Shown here: piece after piece, positions 8,994 to 19,700 of the stretch | How the letters are laid out: every line of letters begins with the position of its first letter | Position numbering within the stretch: position 1 is the stretch's first letter | Origin: Spirochaetota bacterium | GTDB taxonomy: Bacteria > Spirochaetota > UBA4802 > UBA5550 | DNA: 64,000 nt | Direction of reading: 5' to 3' | Assembly: GCA_963663865.1 (NCBI GenBank) | Contig: OY760686.1 | Location: 2,432,001-2,496,000 of the forward strand | Position numbers and translations under genes: made by a program | Notes under the pieces: model-generated | Told to the model about the DNA's origin: nothing | What the model saw: only the letters and a program-made list of their open reading frames with translations | Databases searched by the model: none

Positions 8994-9911
8994 TTAAAAC
9001 TCGCCAATAATTTTGATTTCAGGTTCGAGATCTATACCGTATTTCTCTTTTACCTTTTCCTGAACGGTTCTTATCATCCTGAGGATATCGCCTGACGTAG
9101 CCCCGTTACGGTTTATTATAAAGTTAGTGTGCTTCTCAGAAACCTGGGCCCCGCCTGTTAAAGCGCCCTTGAGCCCTGCCCCATCAACAAGCTGCCAGGA
9201 ACTGCGCCCTTCAGGATTTTTAAATACCGAACCCGCTGAAGGATATTCAAGTGGATGTTTATTTGCTCTGTCGTCGAGTATCTCCTGAATCTTTGCCATT
9301 GACTTTTTGCTGTCGACTGACTTTTCAAGCTCAAAATCGGCTCCGGTTATCACAGCCATATCCGGAAGGTCAAAAAAGCGGTACGACGTCATCTCGGGGG
9401 CTACCCTGACATATCTCTCTTCGCCCATGTTATCAATGTAATAAACGCCTCTCATAATATCAATAAATGAACCTATGTACGTTCCTGCGTTCATGATAAT
9501 ACCGCCGCCAATCATTCCGGGAATTCCGGCCATGAACTCAGCCCCGGCAAGACCGGCTTCGGCAGTTACGTCAACAAAGCGCTCCTTCGCTACGCTGGCA
9601 TCAGCATAAACGTTAAGGCCATTAATCCTTATTTCACCCTCTGCTTCATTTTTTTCTCTTACGGCGATTACCGCGCCCCTGAGCCCCCGGTCTCCAACGA
9701 GGAGATTTGAACCTCCGCCTACAACTGTATATGGAACGGATTCTTCTCTGAGCAGCCGGATAATGCCTCGAAGACTCTTGACATTTTCCGCCTCGCAGAC
9801 AATATCTGCAGGCCCCCCGGTCCTGAATGTGGTATAATTCGACATCTGCCTTTCGGCATAGACCCTGCCGAAAGCACCAAGGGCTTTTATAAGTTCTTCA
9901 CTGTAAGTCAT
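8994..9911 (-). CDS. murB: UDP-N-acetylenolpyruvoylglucosamine reductase
   Basis: TTFR.GGPA, GGGSNLL, GIPG..GG...MNAG, PSAGSVFKNP, SEKH.NFI.N and LEPE motifs. Start set at MTYSEE (AGGA RBS). Confidence 0.95.
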   Translation of the reverse strand: MTYSEELIKALGAFGRVYAERQMSNYTTFRTGGPADIVCEAENVKSLRGIIRLLREESVPYTVVGGGSNLLVGDRGLRGAVIAVREKNEAEGEIRINGLNVYADASVAKERFVDVTAEAGLAGAEFMAGIPGMIGGGIIMNAGTYIGSFIDIMRGVYYIDNMGEERYVRVAPEMTSYRFFDLPDMAVITGADFELEKSVDSKKSMAKIQEILDDRANKHPLEYPSAGSVFKNPEGRSSWQLVDGAGLKGALTGGAQVSEKHTNFIINRNGATSGDILRMIRTVQEKVKEKYGIDLEPEIKIIGEF

Positions 9912-10066
9912 AAAATAGTTATCCTGATTGTTTTGGTATATTTTCAGGCCGTTTGATATTCTGTCAATCATATTCGCCCGCTGTTTTATTCTTGATAAGT
10001 GGGTGCATTGTGCCGAAATTGGAATATAGGGCTTTTCAATGCCTGATGATACTGGATAATTCAGAA

Positions 10067-10570
10067 ATGGCTAAATCGACAAACAAAACCGTTCTTAAGG
10101 ATATGAAGGAATTCACTGACGAAGAGGGAAAGAAGTGGATTCAAACTTCACCCGACGACCTCTTTACGATGAAAGAGTTCAGTGAACTCTTCGCTGAAAG
10201 GGACAAACAGAAAAATGATATTGTACTTGCCCGTATTGATTTTCAGAATGTGAACCGCGAATACTACGAAACAGCTCTTGACCTGCAGAAAAAGCTCGAG
10301 AAGCAGGGAAAGCTCCTGAAAACTGTGACCGAGCAGTCGAAGGTCATCATTGACAGAAAAAACGCCAAGCTCAAGGAGCTGATCGAATACATACGTACCC
10401 TTCACGCCTTCATAGCCAATCTCAATGAAAATCCTGGAGCAGTGAACTCTGTAGCCCTGGCGGAGCCGGCTGAGCCTTCAGACGAGAAGAAAACGAGGAA
10501 ATCGGTTTACGCCGATGTTGAAGAGATTGTTATTGATGAGGAAGGGGATATTGACGCTCAGCTTGTATAA
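10067..10570 (+). CDS. Hypothetical coiled-coil protein with acidic C-terminus
   Basis: Heptad-rich central region (LDLQKKLEKQ...KNAKLKELIEYI); divergent from murB. Confidence 0.7.
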   Translation: MAKSTNKTVLKDMKEFTDEEGKKWIQTSPDDLFTMKEFSELFAERDKQKNDIVLARIDFQNVNREYYETALDLQKKLEKQGKLLKTVTEQSKVIIDRKNAKLKELIEYIRTLHAFIANLNENPGAVNSVALAEPAEPSDEKKTRKSVYADVEEIVIDEEGDIDAQLV

Positions 10571-10598
10571 GCCCCGCCTTAAGGCAGGGCTTTATATA
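10566..10598. terminator. Bidirectional terminator-like hairpin
   Basis: aagccc-cgcc-ttaa-ggc-agggctt between convergent genes. Confidence 0.6.
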
Positions 10599-10604
10599 CG
10601 CGGT

Positions 10605-12041
10605 TTATTTCTGTGATTTCCCCGTCAACAGCTCGTCGAAACTGTATGAAACAGCGAGGGACATGGCAAGAGGGGTATCATTGTCGGTATTCTGATTGGT
10701 GTTAACTGAATGACCTGACATGAAATCAGGCCCCCGCGTGAACAGGTCAACATTAACAAGCCAATCAAGCCTGATATTGTACATTATCGCTGAAAGTCCA
10801 AGGCTAAGCTCTGTCACTGACTGCGAATTTGAATTTACCGTGTACTTGTATGACGCTCCGCCAACTGCCCCGGAAATATCGCCGGAGGTATTTCCGTAAA
10901 TCACATGGCTCAGCCCAAACCTGGCTTCAAAGTTATCAGTAGGCCTTACCTCCATTCCGATATAAACAGGTAATTCAATTGATGTAAGGTCTGACTTATA
11001 AAAGTTTACGTTATTGTCAGGTGTGATAGCGTCATTCGGAGTATAGTCGTTCTTGAACATTGTTATCGTTGAATCAATTCCTGCAAAAATCGTTACTTTA
11101 TCTGATGGACTTAATTCGTCAGAGACTCCGAGCCTTATTCGCTGTCCTTTTCTTGCATATGTATCGGAGCTGTTCTCCTGAATGATTGTATTCAGGTTGC
11201 TTCCCGCGGCAGATCGGTTCAAATAGGAATAGCCAGCCCTTACGTGGAGCTTCTGAATACTGTCTATTTTCAAATTGTAGCCGGCAAGCACATTTATATC
11301 CATTGCTCCGTCTGATTTATAGGATGTTTTCTGATTTCCGGCGGCGCTGTTCAGCTCATAGCTGTTATCAAGAACATAAAACGAAGAGCCCACCGAAAGT
11401 GTTGCATCCATGACAGGGCTGATTCTGTAAAGCCCTCCGAGTCCTACGTCATACTGAGCATTCGAAAATAGATATGAGTCGTTTGAATCCGTCACAGTAT
11501 CGTTGCCGTTCCACGACGAAGAGTAAGCAAAATTCAGGCCTACCGCTGCTGCTCCGAAATCGTATGCCGTAATTAGCCTGAAATTCTGCTGATCAAGTCC
11601 CTCTCTTTCCATTGAATCGGCATTGTCAAAATCGACTGCGCTTCCGTCCAGAGCTGTTGTCTCATAAGTCGTGACAGGATCGTAGTTTCCCGTATAAAAA
11701 AGGCCCGTCCCGTCAGAGGCTGAATTCCATATTCCGCTTTCGACGCGAGTGCCGGAAAACAGAGCCACGGTCAGCCCGTTTACGGGGCTCCAGATAAAGC
11801 CACCTGAATTCAAATAGCCGTCATCCTCAGTCCTTTCAAAGAATACTGAATTTTTGAACTGAGGAAGATACGAAGGATTTTCATAGATGTAGGACTGCAA
11901 ACCGTCAATCATCCAGGCATGTCCGGAAAGCCCCATGCCTGAATCCCTCGTAGTTGACGCCGAAGCGCCGCTTGCTGCCGTAAAGATCAGCATTGCCGCC
12001 GCAGATAGAAACATTCCCATTCTCTTCATTGATAACCTCAT
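10605..12041 (-). CDS. Outer-membrane beta-barrel protein, possibly FadL/PorV-like
   Basis: Signal peptide; N-terminal R..GMG...Y.NP hatch-like motif; alternating amphipathic strands; near-terminal VSYSF. Confidence 0.7.
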   Translation of the reverse strand: MRLSMKRMGMFLSAAAMLIFTAASGASASTTRDSGMGLSGHAWMIDGLQSYIYENPSYLPQFKNSVFFERTEDDGYLNSGGFIWSPVNGLTVALFSGTRVESGIWNSASDGTGLFYTGNYDPVTTYETTALDGSAVDFDNADSMEREGLDQQNFRLITAYDFGAAAVGLNFAYSSSWNGNDTVTDSNDSYLFSNAQYDVGLGGLYRISPVMDATLSVGSSFYVLDNSYELNSAAGNQKTSYKSDGAMDINVLAGYNLKIDSIQKLHVRAGYSYLNRSAAGSNLNTIIQENSSDTYARKGQRIRLGVSDELSPSDKVTIFAGIDSTITMFKNDYTPNDAITPDNNVNFYKSDLTSIELPVYIGMEVRPTDNFEARFGLSHVIYGNTSGDISGAVGGASYKYTVNSNSQSVTELSLGLSAIMYNIRLDWLVNVDLFTRGPDFMSGHSVNTNQNTDNDTPLAMSLAVSYSFDELLTGKSQK

Positions 12042-12148
12042 TTATCACTCCATTTATTACCGGGCATTTGCCCTGACTTCAAATGCCTGAGCTTGAAAAA
12101 TGTCAGGCAGCTTTGTCTGTATAACGGATAAAACATATTCTCCGTTAA

Positions 12149-12730
12149 TTAAAACGAATACGCAGTAAAAATATTGAGCCCTGCCGTAGAAGAACTCTTC
12201 TTTTCAAAATAATAATTTATGTTAGCTTCAACTCCAACTGTGTAACGCCCTGAAAATGTCTTCATAAGCGCCGCGCCGCCTGAGAGTGTAAAGTCCGTGG
12301 ATGAGCCGTCCGCCTCATAACCGTCATTTCCCTTGAGCGATGTGCGAATATGAGTCAGGCCGCATCCTCCCTTAAACTGAATGCGGATCAGATCTTCGGC
12401 CGGCATAACGTTAAAAGTAAGAAACGCAAGCGCAGGTACATACAGGACATGCCCCTCGTATTCAGAATCCTTGAGATATAGCCCTCCTGCCTCAAATGAG
12501 AAGCCGTGACCTGTACCTGCTGGAAGAATCTGGTAAAATAGCCTGCCCCCCGTAAAGCCGGGCTCAAGGTACTCTGACATATCACCGAAGGCCGTGTAAT
12601 ATCCGCCCGCGATACCGGCCATGCGCGTTTGTGCTGCAGCAGAAGAACCAGCCCTACTCTCCTGAACAAAAGCTCCGGAAAGCATCAGTCCAGTTGTAAA
12701 AAAAGTCATTATTATAAAACGTTTCATCAT
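12149..12730 (-). CDS. Small (about 8-stranded) outer-membrane beta-barrel protein
   Basis: Signal peptide; Gly/aromatic alternating strands; C-terminal TAYSF Bam signal. Confidence 0.75.
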   Translation of the reverse strand: MMKRFIIMTFFTTGLMLSGAFVQESRAGSSAAAQTRMAGIAGGYYTAFGDMSEYLEPGFTGGRLFYQILPAGTGHGFSFEAGGLYLKDSEYEGHVLYVPALAFLTFNVMPAEDLIRIQFKGGCGLTHIRTSLKGNDGYEADGSSTDFTLSGGAALMKTFSGRYTVGVEANINYYFEKKSSSTAGLNIFTAYSF

Positions 12731-12736
12731 TATTTA

Positions 12737-15700
12737 TCACCAGTCCATAAACGAAAGGTTATGACAATTAGGTATACCTCCATCAGCAAAATCACTGTAA
12801 ACCGTAATACTCCTCTTTGACCTTGATGCACCCTGAATATTTATTTTAAACATCCTCCAGTAGCGGTCATTGTTTGTCTGTTCTGCTGATGGCGCATCAG
12901 ATGGAATGGATATCTCCCTGGCAAGCCCCTGCGAATCAAATATTCTCACAACGGCGTTCGAATCGCTCCACGAATTATAGTAAGAATACTTGTGAATTGT
13001 GTACGTGTAAATTCCATGGCAGTACTGAACATCACCGAGGCGGAAAATATTTATAGCCTCGGGCCCGTATCCGTCAACATCGTCAAGGACAAGACTTGAC
13101 GTTGAAAAGCTACCATCTGGATCGCCGTCGGAGCCGGCTGTATATACACCTGTACTTTCATTGTATGATTTCTTGTTTGACCAGTACACGTGAAATCTTC
13201 CCTCGGCAAGGCTCTCTGTAGGCCCTGCAAGATGAAGGTCCAGGTCAGAGGGCCTTGACTTCCACTGAACGACAACCCTCACCTGCGGTTCTGTCAGCCT
13301 TTCACATATAGCAAGTCTGTCAAGATTGCTGCTTCCATTTACTGTAACATTGTCTATAATCAGACTGAAGTAGCCTGTGTTTGATATTGTAACTGTATAG
13401 GTTCCGGGAGCAAGTCCTCCTCCTCCGGCGGAGTCAAGGGTAAAGCTGCCGTCCGCACCGCTTGTGGATGATGCTGCCTCTGATGCCGTCCAGTCGCTTA
13501 TCACAACCGAAGCGCCGCTTATTACGCTGCCGGTGTTCGCATCTATTACGGTGCCCGATACTGTCCCGGCGGAGCTTCCCTCTGGCACGAGATAAATCAC
13601 CCCGATATTTGTTACGGAACCCGGGTCAACAGTGACATTGTTTTTAAGAGCGCTGCCATATCCGGAAGCAGCGAATGTAATCTGATATCTGTTTGTTCCG
13701 ACAGGCACGCCGCTCACTGTAAAGTTACCGGTTGCTTCCGTAGTACCGGAGGCTATCTGGTCGCCGGTATCGGTTTCCTTTACGATCACTTCAGCTCCCG
13801 TTACCGGATTGCCCGATGTGTCCTTGAGCTGCCCTGAAACGTGGCCGGCTATATCCACCCCATTGCTTGATGTGCCAAATGGAGACCAGTTTCCCGCGCT
13901 GTCTCTGACGCTGATTCTCGCGTAATATTTCGATCCGTCAGCAAGGTCGGCCGTGTAGTCGAAAAACTCCGCGTTGCCTACGCTTATCCCGTCTGTGCCG
14001 CCGTAGACAACGTGAACAAATGAGCTGTCTGTAGCGATCTGTATTCGGGCCTCAACTGTATCTGCCGGGTTAACCCAGCTGAAGGAAAGCTGCACATCAG
14101 AGTCAAAATCGCCCGTGTCATAAACTGCGGGAGCCTCGGGAGCAGTAAGGTCTATCTCCCATGAATGTTCTGTCGCTGAACTGTCAGACTGCCAATTGCC
14201 CGCGCTGTCCTTCGCTATTACCTTAATAACATGATTTCCCTCGGGAAGGCCCGCAACCGATATCGCCTGCGAAACCAGTCTTTCCGCGCTCCAGCTGTCG
14301 GTATCAATTCTATACTTGTAAGTAACAGCATCGCCCGGATCTACTGTAATTCCAATACTGCCCTGGGTCGTCAGCGGGAGCGGCAGTTCGTACAATATCG
14401 CTGCAGGAGGAGTCAGGTCAACTCTCCATGTGTAGTCAGTTGAGCTTGAGACATCCTGCCATATTCCGGAGGGTTTTCTGCCTATTACCCTGAGTACATG
14501 CATAACTTCAGATATGCCCGCCTCGCTTATGGGTTCAGCTATCGAATACTCCTGGCTCCATTCGCCGCCGTCGAGAGAATACATGTACGCCGAGATATCA
14601 TCCCCCCCCACTGAAACGCTTATAAAATCCTTCTGCGAAGGGTGGGAAGGAAGGTTGGAAAGCTCGGCTTCAGGCGCCTCGAAGTTTACAGTCCACGTAC
14701 AGACAGACGCGTCAGCAGCCTGGTTCCAGTTACCCGCATCATCGCGCGCTATAACATATAGTGTATGTATTCCTTCAAAAATCCCTGAAAGTGAAAGAGG
14801 CAACTCAGCGTTGTATTCAGTGAGCGCGTCCCAGTCGTTGTCATCCGGAACTTCCGCGGGGTCGAGGATGAACTTATATGCAGCAGTATCCGCCCCGTTT
14901 ACTGTTATTAAAGCGCTTGAGCTGTTCGTGGGACTGTTTGGTGTATTCAGCAGTTCGATAACCGGAGCAACCGTATCAACCTCCCAGGACTTCTGCGTAG
15001 GACTGTCGAGAGGCTGCCAGTTGCCGGCGGCATCTCGCCCGATGACTCCCAGAGTCTGACTGCCCTGGCCTGTGACGGTTTCTATTCTCAGCGACGAGCT
15101 CCTCTCCGAACTCCAGGTTCCGCTGTTTAATCTGTACTTATATGCGACTATATCGCCGCCCGCCCTGACGCTTATTGAGCTTGTGTTTACCACACTTACA
15201 GGATAGTCATACAGGACAGCTGTAGGGGCGGTAAGGTCGACCCTCCAGCTGTAAGATGACGGCTCGCCCTTAAACTGCTGCTCATTTCCGGCAGCGTCAA
15301 TGGCCGATATATACAGAGTGTGATACCCCTCCGATATTCCCTCGACGCTTACAGGAGAATCAGGATCAAGAACACCGCTCCAGTTCCCGTTGTCGAGCTT
15401 CCAGCGGTATGAGGCTATGTCTTCATCGCTGTCAATCCTCACATTGATAAACTGATTGGATGTCGAAAGGGCCGGCAGAGTGGACTCGGTCATAACCGCC
15501 TGAGGCGTCGTAAAATCTACAGTCCATTTGTAAACCGCGCTGATTTCATCTTCAGGATAATCACCGAATACAGTCCGCCCCTGAATTTGGACAGTGTATT
15601 CTCCTTCGGTAAGCCCCTCAAGCCTGATTGACTCAGCAGCATCAATATCGCTGCTCCATGAACCTCCGTTTACTCTATAGCGCCAGAGTGAATATTCTTC

Positions 15701-16750
15701 ATCAGCAGCGATGCCAATGACTGCATTGCTGCTGTTTGTAAACTCCGCCGGGGCCTGTGAAATCACCGGGAGAAGGCTTGCTGAGTCGACCGTCCATGTG
15801 CAGATTGAAGCAGACATCTCGTCCTGCCAGTTGCCTGAGGCGTCGCATCCAATGACCCTCAAGGTGTATTCTCCGTCAGTGAGGCCTTCAAGCTCGATGG
15901 GAACATCAGCGGCAATTTCATTGCTCCATGCCGCGCCATTTAAGCTGTACATATAGAGATTAACATCGCCCCCGGTGACAACAATGGATGTTGTCTCATC
16001 CGATGTGCTGGTTGAAGGACAGTTTGCAAGACCCGCAATCGGTGCCGTAAGGTCGACATACCAGGTATAAACTGTAGGCTGGTTCATCTCCTGCCACTTC
16101 CCGTCCGATGAATCCTTACCTACGACCTTAACAGTGTGATAACCTTCGCTTAATCCCTGAAAATTCATAACTTCAGAAACCGGCATCTCGCCTGACCACT
16201 CGCCGTCGTCAAGGCTGTACTGATACGATTCAATTCCGGACGCATCAACGGTTATCACGGCATTTACATCTGATGTCACCTTTGCTGGAAGCCCGCTTAG
16301 CTTTGCTACAACATTCCCGAGTCCGTTAAATGTCGTATATGCCGCACTTAGAACATTCCCTTCAACGTCGGCGATATTTCTGGCAAGAAGTGTGTACTTT
16401 TTGCCGTTCAGCATCCTGTAGTCTTCGTCACCTTCAACGCTTAAAAGAACTGTTTTACCGTCGTCGGAAAGCCATGCATCGCTTATTTCTATCCTGTTTA
16501 CTCCCTGAATCTTAAAGTTATCAGGATTCGACGATTCTTCGGGATTAACCGGCTCTGAGAAGAGAACCTGAACCTCGCTCCGATTCAGCGCCTCGGCCTT
16601 CTCTATCGCCGGAGGTATATCATCGATAATATCCTCAGGCACGATTCCGGCGTACTCTCTCTGTTTTTTATATTCGTCAAACGCATCTCCCATGCATCCA
16701 TTAAGCAGCATGAACAGAAAAATTATTATCGTTGATATATTTCTTAGCAT
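12737..16750 (-). CDS. Large Ig-repeat lipoprotein with carboxypeptidase-regulatory-like domains and a C-terminal YfaP/DUF2135-like domain
   Basis: Lipobox LNGC; eight about 90-aa repeats (Y.Y.LD.G.WS...GL.EG.HT..V...D.AGNWQ...W.VD.T.P); two G.V.D..G.P+.GA.V domains; DLDLH...DD..GYGPE motif. Confidence 0.85.
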   Translation of the reverse strand: MLRNISTIIIFLFMLLNGCMGDAFDEYKKQREYAGIVPEDIIDDIPPAIEKAEALNRSEVQVLFSEPVNPEESSNPDNFKIQGVNRIEISDAWLSDDGKTVLLSVEGDEDYRMLNGKKYTLLARNIADVEGNVLSAAYTTFNGLGNVVAKLSGLPAKVTSDVNAVITVDASGIESYQYSLDDGEWSGEMPVSEVMNFQGLSEGYHTVKVVGKDSSDGKWQEMNQPTVYTWYVDLTAPIAGLANCPSTSTSDETTSIVVTGGDVNLYMYSLNGAAWSNEIAADVPIELEGLTDGEYTLRVIGCDASGNWQDEMSASICTWTVDSASLLPVISQAPAEFTNSSNAVIGIAADEEYSLWRYRVNGGSWSSDIDAAESIRLEGLTEGEYTVQIQGRTVFGDYPEDEISAVYKWTVDFTTPQAVMTESTLPALSTSNQFINVRIDSDEDIASYRWKLDNGNWSGVLDPDSPVSVEGISEGYHTLYISAIDAAGNEQQFKGEPSSYSWRVDLTAPTAVLYDYPVSVVNTSSISVRAGGDIVAYKYRLNSGTWSSERSSSLRIETVTGQGSQTLGVIGRDAAGNWQPLDSPTQKSWEVDTVAPVIELLNTPNSPTNSSSALITVNGADTAAYKFILDPAEVPDDNDWDALTEYNAELPLSLSGIFEGIHTLYVIARDDAGNWNQAADASVCTWTVNFEAPEAELSNLPSHPSQKDFISVSVGGDDISAYMYSLDGGEWSQEYSIAEPISEAGISEVMHVLRVIGRKPSGIWQDVSSSTDYTWRVDLTPPAAILYELPLPLTTQGSIGITVDPGDAVTYKYRIDTDSWSAERLVSQAISVAGLPEGNHVIKVIAKDSAGNWQSDSSATEHSWEIDLTAPEAPAVYDTGDFDSDVQLSFSWVNPADTVEARIQIATDSSFVHVVYGGTDGISVGNAEFFDYTADLADGSKYYARISVRDSAGNWSPFGTSSNGVDIAGHVSGQLKDTSGNPVTGAEVIVKETDTGDQIASGTTEATGNFTVSGVPVGTNRYQITFAASGYGSALKNNVTVDPGSVTNIGVIYLVPEGSSAGTVSGTVIDANTGSVISGASVVISDWTASEAASSTSGADGSFTLDSAGGGGLAPGTYTVTISNTGYFSLIIDNVTVNGSSNLDRLAICERLTEPQVRVVVQWKSRPSDLDLHLAGPTESLAEGRFHVYWSNKKSYNESTGVYTAGSDGDPDGSFSTSSLVLDDVDGYGPEAINIFRLGDVQYCHGIYTYTIHKYSYYNSWSDSNAVVRIFDSQGLAREISIPSDAPSAEQTNNDRYWRMFKINIQGASRSKRSITVYSDFADGGIPNCHNLSFMDW
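14140..16310 (-). repeat. Eight tandem degenerate Ig-like protein repeats
   Basis: Repeated DAAGNWQ/WxVDLTAP units in translation; diverged at DNA level. Boundaries approximate. Confidence 0.75.
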
Positions 16751-16759
16751 AGTGTCACC

Positions 16760-19700
16760 CTAAAACCGATAAACTTTTATATCGTCAATAAGCACATCAT
16801 TCCCATTCTCTCCCCCTGACACGGCTCTTAAACGAAGTCTGACTTCCGTGTTCGAAGGACCGCAATATCCCGTCAGAACTGCTGCATGAGTCACTACACG
16901 AGGACTTCCCGTGATCAGCGGATTGTAGCGGAATATTTCACTGTACTGTACGGCCTCGTAGCTGCCGCCGTTGACGGACACTTCAATAATTACCCGGTCG
17001 GATGAGCTTAGAATATTTTCATGACACATTTTGAAGTACAGAACGTACTGTCCCTCGACCGAGAAATCCAGACTTTCACCTGCGACTGACTCAAGAAGAA
17101 TGTATTCATCCTGATCGAGACCTATGGTCTCGGCCCTGATCATGTAATTGCCTTCAATAGCAGAAGCAAGAGGAGGGTTATTGCTGTCAACGCATGGATA
17201 CCAGTCATAGCTGTCGCCGGAAACATTGTCAAAGGCACAGCCTGAATCAAACACGTAGTTGCTGCCCTGCCAGCTTGAGCCCTCAAAGTTTTCGGCAAGC
17301 AGCTCAACGGGACTTCCCAGCACAGTAAAAGCTAAAGAATTCCCGTCTGAAAGAGCTGAAAGGTCAAGCTCGGCTCCCGCGTGAGAGATGAATCCGTTCA
17401 GCTCCAGAGAGTACACTCCATCAGTAATCCCGCTGAGAGGCACAGTGAGCACCCTTCCCGACTCAGACCAGATAACTGTTCCAGTGCTGCCGCTGCCGGT
17501 TAATGAGACAGTACCGATTGAGGGATTCATCCTGTCGCTGAACCTGAAGACAGCCCTGTCCACAGCAGCCAAAGTGCTTCCATCCTCCGGAAAAACAGAG
17601 AGTATTTGAGGATGAGTGGAATCACCGCCAGTCGTAAACGAGTATTCATATTCAAGAAGGTTAACATTGCCATCAAGAAGATTACCCGCTTCATCAGCGA
17701 AAGTCGATCCAAACTGTTTCAATGATACTGTATAATCCGTGTTAGCTGACATTCTCTCAAGGACCGGCAGAGTCAGGGTTTTGCCGGCATTCGACCAGAT
17801 GCCCTTACCCATGACTCCCGGACCGCCGGAGAGCACAGCCGCCGACCTTCCAGTGTCCATTGCCTCGCTGAATGTTATAATAATCTCTGTGAGGTTCCTG
17901 TCTACATCCGTGTTTCCGTCAAGGGGATAAGTTCCGTCCGCGTTTACTGTTGGATTAACATCGTCACTGGTAACAGTAAAACTCCAACTGACCGGACTCA
18001 GTTCATTGGGAACTGCCGCCCTGTCAGTAATGTCGGATGTAAGGTGGACTGTATAAGTATAACCGAGCTGCAGAAGAGAGTCCGGATTAAGTGTAGCTGT
18101 TCTGGAATTCTCGTCATATTCAACTACTGAATAGACTTTATCTGAGCCGCTCATCAGGTAAAATGAATTGCTGTCAACATTGCTCACCGCTTCAGTAAAA
18201 CTTACAACTACATTCAAATCACGTTTTACATCGGTTTCACCGTCCACTGGCGTCCTTGTATTCAGTGCCGGCCTGGTCTCATCGGCCTTCGTAGTAAAGG
18301 TCCATATCGGGCTCGCTGCTGAAAGATAGTTGCCGGCATAGTCCCTGAGTCCTGCGCCCGAGGCAAGCAGCTCCACCCTGTAAACTGTATTCTCATTCAG
18401 TTCATCCACAATCGGATTAAGAGTAGCCTCAGACGTGGATTCCATGTATTCTACTGTAGCGCTGACCGTATAATTATCCGAATTTCCGATAAGCTTAATT
18501 GACTCGGTATTGACCGATGACGGATTTAGCGGTTCCGTAAACTTAATGACTATATTAGCGTCCAACTCAACTCCAGCCGCCTCAGCCCCTGGAACGGCTG
18601 AAAATATTTCTGGCGGTGTAGTATCTGGATTTGTTCCGGTAGTAAATATCCACTGCTCTCCGGCAAAGCTGTTGCCCGAGAAATCAGTCACAGATGATGC
18701 CACCGAAACACGGTATCTTGTCTCCTGAACAAGATCACTCTTTGGATTCAGATAGAACTCTCTGTCATTTTCGATCACAAAGAGGGGGACAGGAGAAACC
18801 GGGGCCCACACCCCTTCTGAGACCTCAGCTTCAAGAATGAATGTTTCCGAACTAATTCCGTTTACCGGCTCATTAAAGCCCACTGAGACATTCGTGTTAG
18901 TAGGAACTGAAACAGCACCGGACGCCGGCGAACGCTGTGAAATAACCGGAGGATTCGGATCGCCTGTTCTGAAGGTCCAGACAACAGGGCTGTAGTTGAG
19001 CTGATTACCGGTTGCGTCCGCTATCAGCGATGTCAGCCTGACCGAATAGTAGGTCATCTCTTCAAACCCGCTCGCTGGTGAAAATGTGCACTTGAAGGGC
19101 GTCTGTCCACCAGCCGCAAGCGATCCATCAAGACGTTCAGAAGACCTCACGAATGAGCTTGATCCAAGATTGACATTTTTCCCTGAACCGATTGAAAAGC
19201 CCTTGCTGCCAGCCTCGTTGCTTATCGAGCCGGTGATGACAAATTCAGTTCCGGCTGCGTCGTTATAGATATCACCTGCATCGACTTCAGAAAGATCAAC
19301 TGAATCCGCAAAGGACACCAATCCTGAAATACTGTCGTATGAAGGCGGAGTCAAAAGCGATGTCTTCATTTTATAAACTGCGAATGATGCTGTATTCAAA
19401 CCGAGAACGCTCTCACTGAATTCAGCGTATATGCTGTCGTCAACCGCAACATTCATTGTACCATCCGGAGGATATTTAGCCGTTACATAAGGCCTGACAG
19501 TATCAAGTTCGCTGGCAGTCTCGAAGCTCCAGACAGTACCAGAGCCGTCGCCTCCCTCGGGGTCAAGTTGATTGCTGTTCTCTGAAGCGTCCGTTATTCC
19601 CGATAGAATTGATACCGTATAAATGGTATCCGGATTGAGATACCTGGTTGAGTGGTTTTCATCGGGGATATCGGGTGTGATAACCGCTGAATAAGTTGCG

